A DNA stretch of 64,000 bases from Myxococcota bacterium (GTDB lineage: Bacteria > Myxococcota_A > UBA9160 > UBA6930): NCBI GenBank assembly GCA_965223415.1, contig OZ245002.1:4544001-4608000 (forward strand), written 5' to 3'. A program made the position numbers and the translations under genes. The notes under the pieces are model-generated. The model made no database searches, was not told the DNA's origin, and saw nothing but the letters and a program-made list of their open reading frames with translations. The stretch's first letter is position 1. Each line of letters starts with the position of its first letter. Positions 18,585 through 28,146 of the stretch are shown here, piece by piece.

Positions 18585-19768
18585 GCCCGTCGGTGCGGGT
18601 GCCCCTGGTGCTCGCGGCCAGCGCCGTCTGGGACACGCCGGCACCGGTGAACGTCCACCAGATCGCCCGGCGCTTCGCCGCCCGCGGGCACCGGGTGCTG
18701 TTCGTCGAGTCGACGGGTCTGCGGCCGCCCTCGGCCGCGTCGTCCCAGGACCTGCGCCGGATCGCCGCACGCCTCGGCCGGGTCGCAGCCGGGGCGCGGG
18801 AGGTGGAGCCGGGGCTCTTCGTGCTCGGGCCGCTGGCGCTGCCGGGCAGCCGCTCGCCGCGGGTCCGCCGCCTCTCGGCCTGGGCCCTGGGCGGGCAGGT
18901 GGCACGGGCCGCCCGGCGTCTCGGGCTGGAGCGGCCGGTCCTGTGGTCGTTCCTGCCGACGGCCCTCCCGCTGGCCGATCGGATCGACCCGCGAGCGGTC
19001 ATCTACCACTGCGTCGACGACTACGCGGGCAACCCCGGCGTCGATCCCGCTCACGTCGCCGCTCTCGAGGGTCGGATGCTCGAGCGGGCCGACCTGGTGA
19101 TCGCGTCGAGTCCGGTGCTCGCCGAGCGCCTGCGGACCCGGCGGACCGACGTGCGCCTGGCGGCGAACGTGGCCGACACCGCACTCTTCTCCCGCGCGGT
19201 CGTCGAGGCGCTGGACGAGCCCGAGGCCCTGCGCGGCCAGCCGCGCCCGCGGGTCCTCTACGTGGGCAATCTGGCCGCCTACCGCATCGACCCGGCGCTG
19301 CTGCGCGCCGCCCTGGACGCGGTGCCCGGGGGCGTGCTGGTGCTGGTCGGGGCCAGCGGCCTGGGCGATACGGGCGGGCTGCCCGCCGCCTTCCGGGCGC
19401 TGCTCGAGGATCCACGGGTGATCGAGGCGGGTCCGCGACCTCACGAGGAGCTGCCGGCCTGGATGCGGCACTGTGACGTGGCGGTGATCCCGTTCCTCGA
19501 TACCGCCCACACCCGGGGGAGCCTGCCGCTCAAGCTGTGGGAGTACCTGGCGGCCGGCCTGCCGGTGGTGGCCCGGGCGTTGCCGAACCTCGTCGGGCGC
19601 GAGGCGGCGGGGGTCGAGACCGCCGTGGACGCGGCAGCCTTCGGGGCGGCCGTCGCCCGGGCGGCGGCGGAGCCGCCGGAGCGACGCCTGGCCCGCAGCG
19701 GGGCCGCCCGCGAGCACGGCTGGGAGGCTCGCGTCGAGCTCCTGGCCCGGTGGCTGGACGAGCTCTAG
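18581..19768 (+). CDS. GT-B glycosyltransferase
   Basis: IYHCVDDY, ADLVIASS, CDVAVIPF, PLKLWEYLAAGLPVV. Confidence 0.88.
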   Translation: MSPSVRVPLVLAASAVWDTPAPVNVHQIARRFAARGHRVLFVESTGLRPPSAASSQDLRRIAARLGRVAAGAREVEPGLFVLGPLALPGSRSPRVRRLSAWALGGQVARAARRLGLERPVLWSFLPTALPLADRIDPRAVIYHCVDDYAGNPGVDPAHVAALEGRMLERADLVIASSPVLAERLRTRRTDVRLAANVADTALFSRAVVEALDEPEALRGQPRPRVLYVGNLAAYRIDPALLRAALDAVPGGVLVLVGASGLGDTGGLPAAFRALLEDPRVIEAGPRPHEELPAWMRHCDVAVIPFLDTAHTRGSLPLKLWEYLAAGLPVVARALPNLVGREAAGVETAVDAAAFGAAVARAAAEPPERRLARSGAAREHGWEARVELLARWLDEL

Positions 19769-19833
19769 GTCCTTGATCTCGCAGGGTTTCCGGGTTCGTT
19801 ACCCTCTCGGCTCAGAGAGGGGGAGAGCCCAGC

Positions 19834-21621
19834 GTGACCGCTCCGACCGAGGCGGCCGGCCGAGCCGCAGGCGGCCCGGGCCTCGCCACGTCCGGCCGAA
19901 ACCAGGGCGCACCGCGCCTCACGGTGCTGCAGGCGAAGTTCGCGGCCTACCTCTCCTGGAGCCAGCCGTTCCTGCACGCCCTGATCAGCGGGCTCGACGA
20001 GCACGTGAACAACGTCGTGCTCTGCAATCGCACCGAGAACCTGAACCGCTTCCCGGTCCCGAACGTCGAGCGCGTCCCCACCCGCTACCTGGTGAAGCCG
20101 CGGCTCGGCGTGCTCGCCGCGAGCTACCTCCGCCGCACCTGGCGCCCGGACGTGATGCACGCCCACTTCGGCTGGTCCGGGCTGCGGCTGCTGCTGATGA
20201 AGCAGATGCTGCGCATCCCGCTCGTGGTGACCTTCGGCGGGCGTGACGTGGGCCTGCAGATGCGACTGCCGGACTTCGACCGGCTCTACGCGGCCATGCT
20301 CGCCGGCACCGACGCGATCATCTGCGTGTCGAAGGACCTGCGCAGCAAGCTGATCGAGGCGGGCGCGGACCCGGACCGCATCCACGTCGTCTACCGCGGC
20401 ACCGACCTCTCGCGCTTCACCTACGTCGATCGTTCGAACCGGCCCGCGGATGCGCCGGTGCGGGCCCTCATGGTGGGGCGCATCGTCGAGAAGAAGGGCC
20501 ACTCCTACGCCCTGCGGGCGCTCGAGCCTCTCGTTACCAGCGGGCGCAAGGTGCACCTCACCGTGGTGGGGGAGGGCGAGGCGTACCACGAGGTGCGGCG
20601 CCTGCGCCGGCGCCTCGGCCTGCACAGCCACGTGGAGCTGGTGGGATCGACGGACCACAACGGCGTGCGCCAGCACATGCGCGACGCGGACTTCCTGGTG
20701 CACTGCTCGGTCACGCCGGAGAGCGGCGACGTGGAAGGCATCCCCAACGTCGTCGTCGAGGCCCAGGCCATGGGGCTGCCGGTGATCGGCACCCTCCACG
20801 GCGGCATCGCCGAGGCCGTGCGCGACGGAGAGACCGGGCTGCTCGTACCCGAGCGGGTCGTTCCGCCGCTCACCGAGGCGATGGAGGCGCTGCTCGATCG
20901 CGAACGCCGTCTCGACATGGGCCAGCAGGCGCGGCGCTTCGTCGATGCGAACTTCAACCTCCTGAACCAGGTGAAGCAGCACGTTGCGATCTACGAGAAG
21001 GTGGTGACGACGACCCGTTCCGATCCGGAGTGGCGCGTCCATAACTGGCTGCCGGACGACTATTCGGCGCTGGTCGACTGCACGCTCCTCGCCCAGAACA
21101 TCCGCCACCCCACCGAGTTCTCGATCGCCGAGCTCCTGGAGCGCCTCGTGTGGGCACGGCGTCTCGAGGGCAGGCTCAACGCCGGCGCGGAGTTCGAGAC
21201 CGATCCGGACGGCGCCGCACGGGCGTTCCTGCCCGAGGCGTCCCAGCTCGCCGGCGGAGCCGACGGCCGCCAGGTCGGCCTGCTCTCGGCGCTCCTCTCG
21301 GTGGGCCGGGCCTTCGTGCGCCGGGCCCTCGGCCGGCAGGAGAAGGGGGCGACCGTCGAGACGACTCTCGAGCAGCTCTACAACCTGAAGGGGTACATGC
21401 CCCAGGCCGTGAAGTTCCCGATGAAGATCGGTCTCGGGCGGATCCTCGCCTGGGCGATCGAGCGTCGGCACCAGGCGGGCCACGGGCAGATCGGCACGCT
21501 GGAAGAGGTGGACCGGCGGGTCTTCGAGTTCTTCCGCGCCGGCGGGGACCTGGACGCCTACGAAGCGACCCACGAGCACACGCCCGCCGAGACCCTCGCG
21601 GCGGGCGACCCCCTGGCCTAG
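19834..21621 (+). CDS. GT4 glycosyltransferase (WcaL-like) with long C-terminal extension
   Basis: HAHFG, VGRIVEKKG, SVT..SGDVEGIPNVVVEAQAMGLPVIGT.HGGI; about 200 extra C-terminal residues. Confidence 0.88.
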   Translation: MTAPTEAAGRAAGGPGLATSGRNQGAPRLTVLQAKFAAYLSWSQPFLHALISGLDEHVNNVVLCNRTENLNRFPVPNVERVPTRYLVKPRLGVLAASYLRRTWRPDVMHAHFGWSGLRLLLMKQMLRIPLVVTFGGRDVGLQMRLPDFDRLYAAMLAGTDAIICVSKDLRSKLIEAGADPDRIHVVYRGTDLSRFTYVDRSNRPADAPVRALMVGRIVEKKGHSYALRALEPLVTSGRKVHLTVVGEGEAYHEVRRLRRRLGLHSHVELVGSTDHNGVRQHMRDADFLVHCSVTPESGDVEGIPNVVVEAQAMGLPVIGTLHGGIAEAVRDGETGLLVPERVVPPLTEAMEALLDRERRLDMGQQARRFVDANFNLLNQVKQHVAIYEKVVTTTRSDPEWRVHNWLPDDYSALVDCTLLAQNIRHPTEFSIAELLERLVWARRLEGRLNAGAEFETDPDGAARAFLPEASQLAGGADGRQVGLLSALLSVGRAFVRRALGRQEKGATVETTLEQLYNLKGYMPQAVKFPMKIGLGRILAWAIERRHQAGHGQIGTLEEVDRRVFEFFRAGGDLDAYEATHEHTPAETLAAGDPLA

Positions 21622-21633
21622 GAGCCCCGGGCC

Positions 21634-23556
21634 GTGGCGCTGCGCGGCAAGGCCGTCGCGCTCGTGGGGACCGGCATTGCTGCCGCGCGGCGAGTGCTCC
21701 TCCTGGCGGCGGCGGCCGGCGGGGCGGTGCTTCTGCTCCTCCCGAAGCCCTGGGCGCTGCCCACGGGGCCGGGCTTCGCAGACCCGCCGGGACGTCCCTT
21801 CCCGGACATGGTGGCGATCGCGCTCTTCTGGGCGACCGCCCTGAACGCGCTGCTGTGCCTCGGTCTGGCGGCCACGGCCCGGCTCTGGCTCCGGCCGCTC
21901 ACCGCTCCCCTCGTGGCGCCGCCCCGCCGACCGCTGGGCCGCCGGGTGCTCCTCGGCCTGCTGCTGCTGGCGGCCCTGGCCGGGGCCTTGCGCTGGCCCC
22001 TGGCCGGGCGCTCGCTCTGGTGGGACGAGGGCTGGTCGATCGACCGGGTCGTCGTCGGCCACGCGGTGCCGCGAGCGGGCGAGCCGGATCGCGTCGACCA
22101 CCGGGCGCCGGGCTGGCCCCGCACGCTCTGGTACTACAGCAAGCCCACCAATCACGTTCCGTACAACCTGGCTGGCCGAGCCGCGATCGAGATGGAACGG
22201 GCAGTGAGCGGCCGAGAGAGCTGGACGTTCTCCGATCGCGCCTTTCGCGCGCCGGCGCTGCTCGCCTCGATGCTGGCGGTCGTGCTGCTCGGGCTGCTCG
22301 TGTGGCGGCTCGGCTTTCCGGGGGCGGCGCTGGCCGCGGCGGCGCTGCTCGCGATCCATCCCTGGCACATCCGCCACGGGGCCGAAGGGCGGGCCTACAC
22401 CTTCAGCGTGGTCGCGGCCCTCGCCGCGAGCGCGCTCCTGCTGGAGGCGCTGCGGGGCGGCCGCTTCCGGCGTTGGCTCGCTTACGGCGCCGGGCTGACC
22501 GTCCTTGTGTGGGTACAGCCCGCCCACGCGTACCTGGCCGTGGCGCTCGGCATCGCGGCGGTGGCCGCGATCCTGACCCGCGACATCCCGTGGCGCGACC
22601 GCGGGGCCCTCCTGCTGCGCTTCGCCGTGGCCTGCGGACTGGCGGCGATGGCCTTCCTCGAGCTCTCGGCGCCCCTGGTCTCCCAGGCCCTGGGCTGGAC
22701 CGACGTGGTGCAGACCGGGGAGACCGTGAACCGCGGCGTGGTCCGCCGCTTCTGGATCTGGACGGCGCTCGGCGTCCCCGCCCGGAGCCAGGCAGAGAGC
22801 GTCGCCCACGATCCCTTTCCCTCCCTTGGCTCCTGGCTGGAGGAGGATCCGTGGCTGGCCGGTGTCGTGTTCGGCGCGCTTCCGCTGCTCGCCTTTTTCG
22901 GGCTCGCTCGCGTGACGTTCCGCGGTGGGATCGCCCGTTGGCCCGTGCTGGGCCTGGCGGCGGCACCGGGCCTGCTGCTGCTCGTCTCGTGGACGAACCG
23001 GATGTACTTCTACCCGCGCTTCGCGATCTACGCGGTGGCGGCCTACGCGGCGCTCGCCGCCATCGGGGCAGAGGGTGCGCTCTCGGCGCTTGTGGCCCGG
23101 GCGCCGGCCCGGGCGAGGCGACTCGTCGTGCCGGCCGGCCTCGCGCTGCTCCTGCTGGCCTTCCAGGCCCTGGTCTGGCCCCAGACCCGGGTGCTGCTCA
23201 CGCGCCCCTACTCGCCCATGCGGGAGCTGGCCGAGACCCTCCGCTCCGCCGGCGGCCTGCGCGCCGGTTTCGGCCTGGGAGGGGAGATGCCGCGGATCTA
23301 CGACCCCTGGATCCGCCACGTCGAGAGCGCCCGGGAGATCGCCGCTCTCGAGGGCGAAGCCCGTGCCGAGGGGCGGCCGCTCCACGTCTTCTACGGCTAC
23401 CCGGGCCAGAACCGGGCGAAACGGCCGGAGGGCATCGCGCGGCTGCTCGACCCGGAACGCTACGAAGAGGTGAATCGCTTCCAGGGCATCGAGCCCCAGT
23501 TCACCTACCGCGTGTTCCGCCTCCGCGCCGACGAAGGGGCTTCATCGACCCCCTAG
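21634..23556 (+). CDS. GT-C/PMT-like polytopic membrane glycosyltransferase
   Basis: SLWWDE loop after a TM helix, R.PALLAS, HPWH...E.R.Y, many TM segments. Confidence 0.7.
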   Translation: MALRGKAVALVGTGIAAARRVLLLAAAAGGAVLLLLPKPWALPTGPGFADPPGRPFPDMVAIALFWATALNALLCLGLAATARLWLRPLTAPLVAPPRRPLGRRVLLGLLLLAALAGALRWPLAGRSLWWDEGWSIDRVVVGHAVPRAGEPDRVDHRAPGWPRTLWYYSKPTNHVPYNLAGRAAIEMERAVSGRESWTFSDRAFRAPALLASMLAVVLLGLLVWRLGFPGAALAAAALLAIHPWHIRHGAEGRAYTFSVVAALAASALLLEALRGGRFRRWLAYGAGLTVLVWVQPAHAYLAVALGIAAVAAILTRDIPWRDRGALLLRFAVACGLAAMAFLELSAPLVSQALGWTDVVQTGETVNRGVVRRFWIWTALGVPARSQAESVAHDPFPSLGSWLEEDPWLAGVVFGALPLLAFFGLARVTFRGGIARWPVLGLAAAPGLLLLVSWTNRMYFYPRFAIYAVAAYAALAAIGAEGALSALVARAPARARRLVVPAGLALLLLAFQALVWPQTRVLLTRPYSPMRELAETLRSAGGLRAGFGLGGEMPRIYDPWIRHVESAREIAALEGEARAEGRPLHVFYGYPGQNRAKRPEGIARLLDPERYEEVNRFQGIEPQFTYRVFRLRADEGASSTP

Positions 23557-23584
23557 GAGGGGTTGCCTATCCTGCCGCGCCAAC

Positions 23585-25480
23585 ATGTGCGGGATCTTCG
23601 GCTTTGCCGGCTTCGATGACGGCGACCTGCTGCAGCGCATGGGGCAGGTCATCGTCCACCGCGGGCCCGACGGCGAGGGCTATCACACCGAGCCCGGCTT
23701 CTCGATGGGCATGCGCCGGCTCTCGATCATCGATCTGGAGGGCGGCGGCCAGCCCATCGCCAACGAGGACGGCTCGCTGGTCGTCTGCTTCAACGGCGAG
23801 ATCTACAACTACCGCGAGCTGCGCGACGAGCTCGTGAAGCTGGGCCACGAGTTCAAGACGAAGAGCGACACGGAGGTGCTGGTCCACGCCTACGAGCAGT
23901 GGGGTGCCGACGCCCTCGATCACCTGAACGGGATGTTCGCCTTCGCCCTCTGGAACACCCGCCGCCGGGAGCTCTTCGTCGCCCGCGACCGGGCCGGGCA
24001 GAAGCCCCTCTACTACGCGGAGCGCGGCGGGCGGCTGCTCTTCGCCTCCGAGATCAAGTCGCTGCTCGAGTGCGAGGACGTGCCGCGGGCGCTGAACCGC
24101 CGTGCGGTCGATCCCTACCTGACGCTCCGCTACGTGCCCCAGCCCGAGACGCTCTTCGAGGGCATCCGCGTGCTGCCCGCCGCCCACTTTCTGCGCTGGC
24201 GCGAGGGCGAGCTCACGATCCGGCGTTACTGGGACGTGGCGACGCCCGGCGGCCCCTACCGATCCGAAGCCGAGGATCAGGAGGAGCTCGAGGCGCTGTT
24301 CGAGGACGCCGTCCGCCTGACCATGCGCAGCGACGTGCCCTTCGGCGCCTACCTCAGCGCCGGGATCGACTCGAGCCTGGTGGTGGCGGCGATGGCGCGG
24401 CACACGGAGCGGGTGAAGACCTTCTCGATCGGCTTCGACTCCCCCATCGACGAGACCGCCGATGCGCGGCGCCTGGCCGGGCACCTGGGCTGCGATCACC
24501 ACGAGATCCACGCCAAGCCCGAGGACTTCTCGCGCCTTCCCCGGGCCGTCTGGCACCTGGAGCGCCCGATCGGCGACGTCCTGATCCTCGCCTACTACCT
24601 GCTGGCCGAGGCGACGGGCCGCGAGGTGAAGGTGGTGCTCTCGGGAGAGGGCGCCGACGAGAGCTTCGCGGGCTACGCGTTCCACAAGGTCATCCGCTGG
24701 ACCGAGTGGGCCCACAAGGTCGTGCCCGGCTACCTCACCCGGAAGGTCGTGGCCCCGGCGGTGGCGAACGCGCCGGTCGACCTGCTCGACAAGCTCTTCG
24801 TCTACCCCGCGCACCTGGGCCGGACCGGGCGCAGGAAGACCGCGGACTACCTGAGCCACTACCGGGAGCGCAGCCTCAACCAGAGCTACATCGCCCTCCG
24901 CGCCCTCTTCGATCTGGAGGAGCGGCGTGGCCTCTACAGCGAGGATTTCCGCGGCGCGGCCAGCGAGGCGTGGGTGCGCGACGATCCCGAGGGCGGCCCG
25001 TTCCTCGACCGGTTGCTGAAGCTCCAGTTCGACGACTGGCTCCAGGACAACCTGCTCCTTCGTCAGGACAAGAACACCATGGCCCATTCGCTGGAGCTCC
25101 GCTGTCCCTTCCTCGACCACCGCATCATCGAGCTGGCCTTCCGTATGCCGGCGCGCATGAAGCTGCGCGGGCTCGTGGACAAGTACGCCGAGCGACAGAT
25201 CGGCCGGAAGCTCCTGCCCGGCGAGAACGTCGGGCGCAGCAAGAACCCCTTCTACTTCCCGCTCGAGTACTTCCACGAGAGCCAGGCCATCCAGGAGCTG
25301 ATCCGCATGTGCCTGGACCCGGAGCGGGTGAAGCGGCGGGGGCTGTTCGATCCGGCGGCCGTGACGCGGCTGGTGGGGCGGATGCAGACGGGTGAGTTCC
25401 TCTACCTGAAGCAGGTGATGAGCCTCGTCATCCTGGAGCTGTGGCAGACGATCTTCCTCGACCGCGAAGCGATGTGGTGA
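23585..25480 (+). CDS. asnB: asparagine synthase (glutamine-hydrolysing) family amidotransferase
   Basis: MCGI, HRGPD, RRLSIID, FNGEIYN, SDTEV, LSAGIDSS, LSGEGADE, ELRCPFLD. Confidence 0.93.
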   Translation: MCGIFGFAGFDDGDLLQRMGQVIVHRGPDGEGYHTEPGFSMGMRRLSIIDLEGGGQPIANEDGSLVVCFNGEIYNYRELRDELVKLGHEFKTKSDTEVLVHAYEQWGADALDHLNGMFAFALWNTRRRELFVARDRAGQKPLYYAERGGRLLFASEIKSLLECEDVPRALNRRAVDPYLTLRYVPQPETLFEGIRVLPAAHFLRWREGELTIRRYWDVATPGGPYRSEAEDQEELEALFEDAVRLTMRSDVPFGAYLSAGIDSSLVVAAMARHTERVKTFSIGFDSPIDETADARRLAGHLGCDHHEIHAKPEDFSRLPRAVWHLERPIGDVLILAYYLLAEATGREVKVVLSGEGADESFAGYAFHKVIRWTEWAHKVVPGYLTRKVVAPAVANAPVDLLDKLFVYPAHLGRTGRRKTADYLSHYRERSLNQSYIALRALFDLEERRGLYSEDFRGAASEAWVRDDPEGGPFLDRLLKLQFDDWLQDNLLLRQDKNTMAHSLELRCPFLDHRIIELAFRMPARMKLRGLVDKYAERQIGRKLLPGENVGRSKNPFYFPLEYFHESQAIQELIRMCLDPERVKRRGLFDPAAVTRLVGRMQTGEFLYLKQVMSLVILELWQTIFLDREAMW

Positions 25481-25505
25481 GGCACGAGAGGGAAGGGGGG
25501 ACCCG

Positions 25506-26390
25506 ATGATCCTGATTACCGGAGGCGCCGGCGTCGTGGGACGCCGGCTGTGCAAGGGCCTGCTCGAACGGGGCTTCGAGATCCGCGTGCTCGACCGGCC
25601 CGGCACGAGCCTGCCCGGCCTCGACGTGGAGGTGGTGCACGGCGACATCACCGATCCGACCAGCATGAAGGGGCTCTTCGAGGGCGTCGAGACCGTCTAC
25701 CACCTGGCGGCGGTGATCCTCCCGCCCGACGACGGCTGGTTCCAGCGAGTCAACGTGCAGGGCACGCGCAACGTGATCGACGCGGCCACCGAGGCCGGGG
25801 TGAAGCACTTCGTGCTGATCTCGTCGGCGTCGGTCGTCTACCCGCACACCACCGCCTACTCGCTCTCGAAGCGGCAGACCGAGGCGATGATCTCCTCCCA
25901 GACGGCCATGGCGTACACGATCATCCGGCCGACGCTCGTGTACGACGAGAACGGGGGCGAGGAGTTCATGCGCTACCTGAACGACCTGAAGCGCTTCCCG
26001 ATCGTTCCGATCATCGGGGACGGCTCGGCCCTGAAGAGCCCGGTCCACACCGACGACATCATGGACGGGCTGATCGCGATCGCCGGCAACGAGAAGACCT
26101 ACGGTCAGACCTACGCCTTCAGCGGAGGCGAGGACATCAGCATGTGGGACCTCTCGAAGCTGATGCTCGCCCACCAGGGCGCGAGCCGGCCCTTCGTGAG
26201 GATTCCCGTGTGGGCCGCCCAGGCCGCGGCCTGGGTGCTGGGCAAGCTGATGGCGAAGCCCCCGATCAGCTGGCAGATGATCGCCGGCGTCATCCAGGAC
26301 GCGAACCTGGACCACTCGAACGCGACCGCGGATTTCGGCTACTCGCCGAAGGGCGTGCACGAGGGCTTCCAGATCTGCTGGCCCCGCTGA
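25506..26390 (+). CDS. NAD-dependent epimerase/dehydratase (extended SDR)
   Basis: ITGGAGVVG, HGDITD, YHLAA, YSLSK (YxxxK), IIRPTLVY. Confidence 0.88.
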   Translation: MILITGGAGVVGRRLCKGLLERGFEIRVLDRPGTSLPGLDVEVVHGDITDPTSMKGLFEGVETVYHLAAVILPPDDGWFQRVNVQGTRNVIDAATEAGVKHFVLISSASVVYPHTTAYSLSKRQTEAMISSQTAMAYTIIRPTLVYDENGGEEFMRYLNDLKRFPIVPIIGDGSALKSPVHTDDIMDGLIAIAGNEKTYGQTYAFSGGEDISMWDLSKLMLAHQGASRPFVRIPVWAAQAAAWVLGKLMAKPPISWQMIAGVIQDANLDHSNATADFGYSPKGVHEGFQICWPR

Positions 26391-26396
26391 GGGACG

Positions 26397-28088
26397 GTGT
26401 CCTCCCGCGAACCCGGGCCCGAGCCGTTCGAGCGGCACCTCCTCGTCCTGCTGTGCGCAGCCGTGCTCGGCTATTGGGCGTTCCAGTTCCAGCCCTTCGT
26501 CCTGCCGAACAACGACTACCACTCCTTCGAGCGCACGGCTCGGAGCTTCGCGTTCTTCGAGCTGCCGACGAGCTTCAAGCGCATGCCGATCCTGCCGGCG
26601 CTGATGGCGGTGGCCGCACCGGCGATTCCCGGGCCCCATCCCTACCTCCACGCGGCGCTCGGGTGGAACCAGGTCTTCTCCATCGCCACCCTGGTGGGCC
26701 TGTTCCTGATCGGCCGTCGCACCCTCGGGCGCGGTGCGCTGTTGCCACCGCTCCTGTTCGCGACCACGACCCAGTTCCACGCCAACGGGCTCCAGCCGTT
26801 GGTCGAGCCGAGCCTCGGGTGCTTCGTCGTCTGGGCGTTCGTGATGCAGGGAAGAGGGCACTCCCTGCAGTACGTCTTCGCCGCAGCGGCGGCCCTGTCC
26901 AGGTACGAGGCGGCGATGCTGATCCCGGTGCTCTTCCTCGCCGAGTGGTCCGCGGGCCGTCGGTTCGGGCCGCCCTTCGCGAAGGCCGCCCTGGCCACCC
27001 TGCCGCTCCTGGTGTGGACCGCCCTCGGGGCGATGGGCGGCTCCGGCGGGGCCAGCTACTACGACCTCATGGAGGGGATGGGCTTCCAGCCGGCGCCGGG
27101 CTTCTTCCTGCGCTCCCTGAAGGAGCCCTTCGCCGGCTGGTACACCAGCCAGTGGATCTGGCTCGTGCCCTTCGCGGGCGTCGTGCTCCTGCCGTTCGGA
27201 GTGGGGATCGCGGCAGGCGTGCGCGAGCAGCGCCGCCTCGCGCTCTCGATGCTGGGCTTCGGCCTCGTGTGCGTGACGGTGATCGTCGTGTTCGGCATCA
27301 ACAAGGCCCGCTACGTCTACCCGACCGAGTGGATCTGGCTGCTCTTCTGGGCGTGGGGCGCGCTGCGCCTCGCGGCCCGGGTGGCCGGGTGGGCGGGGGG
27401 TGCCGGCGCGCGGGTCGGGTGGGCGCTCGCGGCCGCCGGCTTCGTCCTGTCGGGGCTGGCCCTGGCCTTCTGGATCGGAAAGATGAGCGACGAGCCCCAG
27501 ACCGCGTCCCTCGGCCTGGAGCTCGGGTTCCTGGCGGCGGGTCTCGGCCTGGCCGGCCTCGGCGTGTTCCGTGGCCTCGCGAATGTCGGCCCGGCGTCGT
27601 GGCGCGCGGCGGCAGCGGCCGGCCTCCTGCTGGCCGCGGTTCCGCTGGTGGCCGGCGGGCTGGTGGGCAAGCAGCGCGCATTGCACAAGATCTACTACGC
27701 CAACTGGTCCGCCTATCTGCTGGCGGGCTGGCTCGGAGAGCACCTGGGTCCGGACGAGCGGGCGGTGCTGCTGCCCCGCAGTCACGTGGCCCACCTCACC
27801 GCCCTCCGTCCCCGGCAGCTCGTCGCCTACGCCAAGCTCGAGTCCGAGGGCCTGGAGGGCCTGCGCGGCGAGCTCGTCGAGCGGGGCATCACGGTGGTGG
27901 CCTTCACGGATCGCGGCCCGCTGCGCAATCCCTCCCATCACTACTACTACCGGGAGAAGAAGACCTACCTGGCCGAGCTGTTCGAGAGCGCCGGGCCCGT
28001 ACCGGGCTTCGAGCACGTGGCCACGCTGCGGCTCCCGGAGCACCTCGACGAGAAGCCCGTGCAGATCTTCCGCGTGTCGGATGGATGA
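26397..28088 (+). CDS. polytopic membrane protein, possible GT-C glycosyltransferase
   Basis: About 12 hydrophobic segments; acidic PNNDY loop after TM1, LSRYE, ARYVYP. Confidence 0.55.
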   Translation: MSSREPGPEPFERHLLVLLCAAVLGYWAFQFQPFVLPNNDYHSFERTARSFAFFELPTSFKRMPILPALMAVAAPAIPGPHPYLHAALGWNQVFSIATLVGLFLIGRRTLGRGALLPPLLFATTTQFHANGLQPLVEPSLGCFVVWAFVMQGRGHSLQYVFAAAAALSRYEAAMLIPVLFLAEWSAGRRFGPPFAKAALATLPLLVWTALGAMGGSGGASYYDLMEGMGFQPAPGFFLRSLKEPFAGWYTSQWIWLVPFAGVVLLPFGVGIAAGVREQRRLALSMLGFGLVCVTVIVVFGINKARYVYPTEWIWLLFWAWGALRLAARVAGWAGGAGARVGWALAAAGFVLSGLALAFWIGKMSDEPQTASLGLELGFLAAGLGLAGLGVFRGLANVGPASWRAAAAAGLLLAAVPLVAGGLVGKQRALHKIYYANWSAYLLAGWLGEHLGPDERAVLLPRSHVAHLTALRPRQLVAYAKLESEGLEGLRGELVERGITVVAFTDRGPLRNPSHHYYYREKKTYLAELFESAGPVPGFEHVATLRLPEHLDEKPVQIFRVSDG

Positions 28089-28146
28089 AGAGGGACCCGG
28101 GGGGATGGTTGCGGGGGGCGGCGGCGATCGCGATCGTCCGGAGGCG

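Noticed and set aside
19765..23385. Long antisense or alternate-frame ORFs (e.g. 1206 aa here, 51406..54423, and the N-terminal parts of 59023..63615 and 10639..14481)
   Set aside because: Arg/Pro/Gly-rich, motif-free, and overlapping well-supported genes; expected from stop-codon scarcity.
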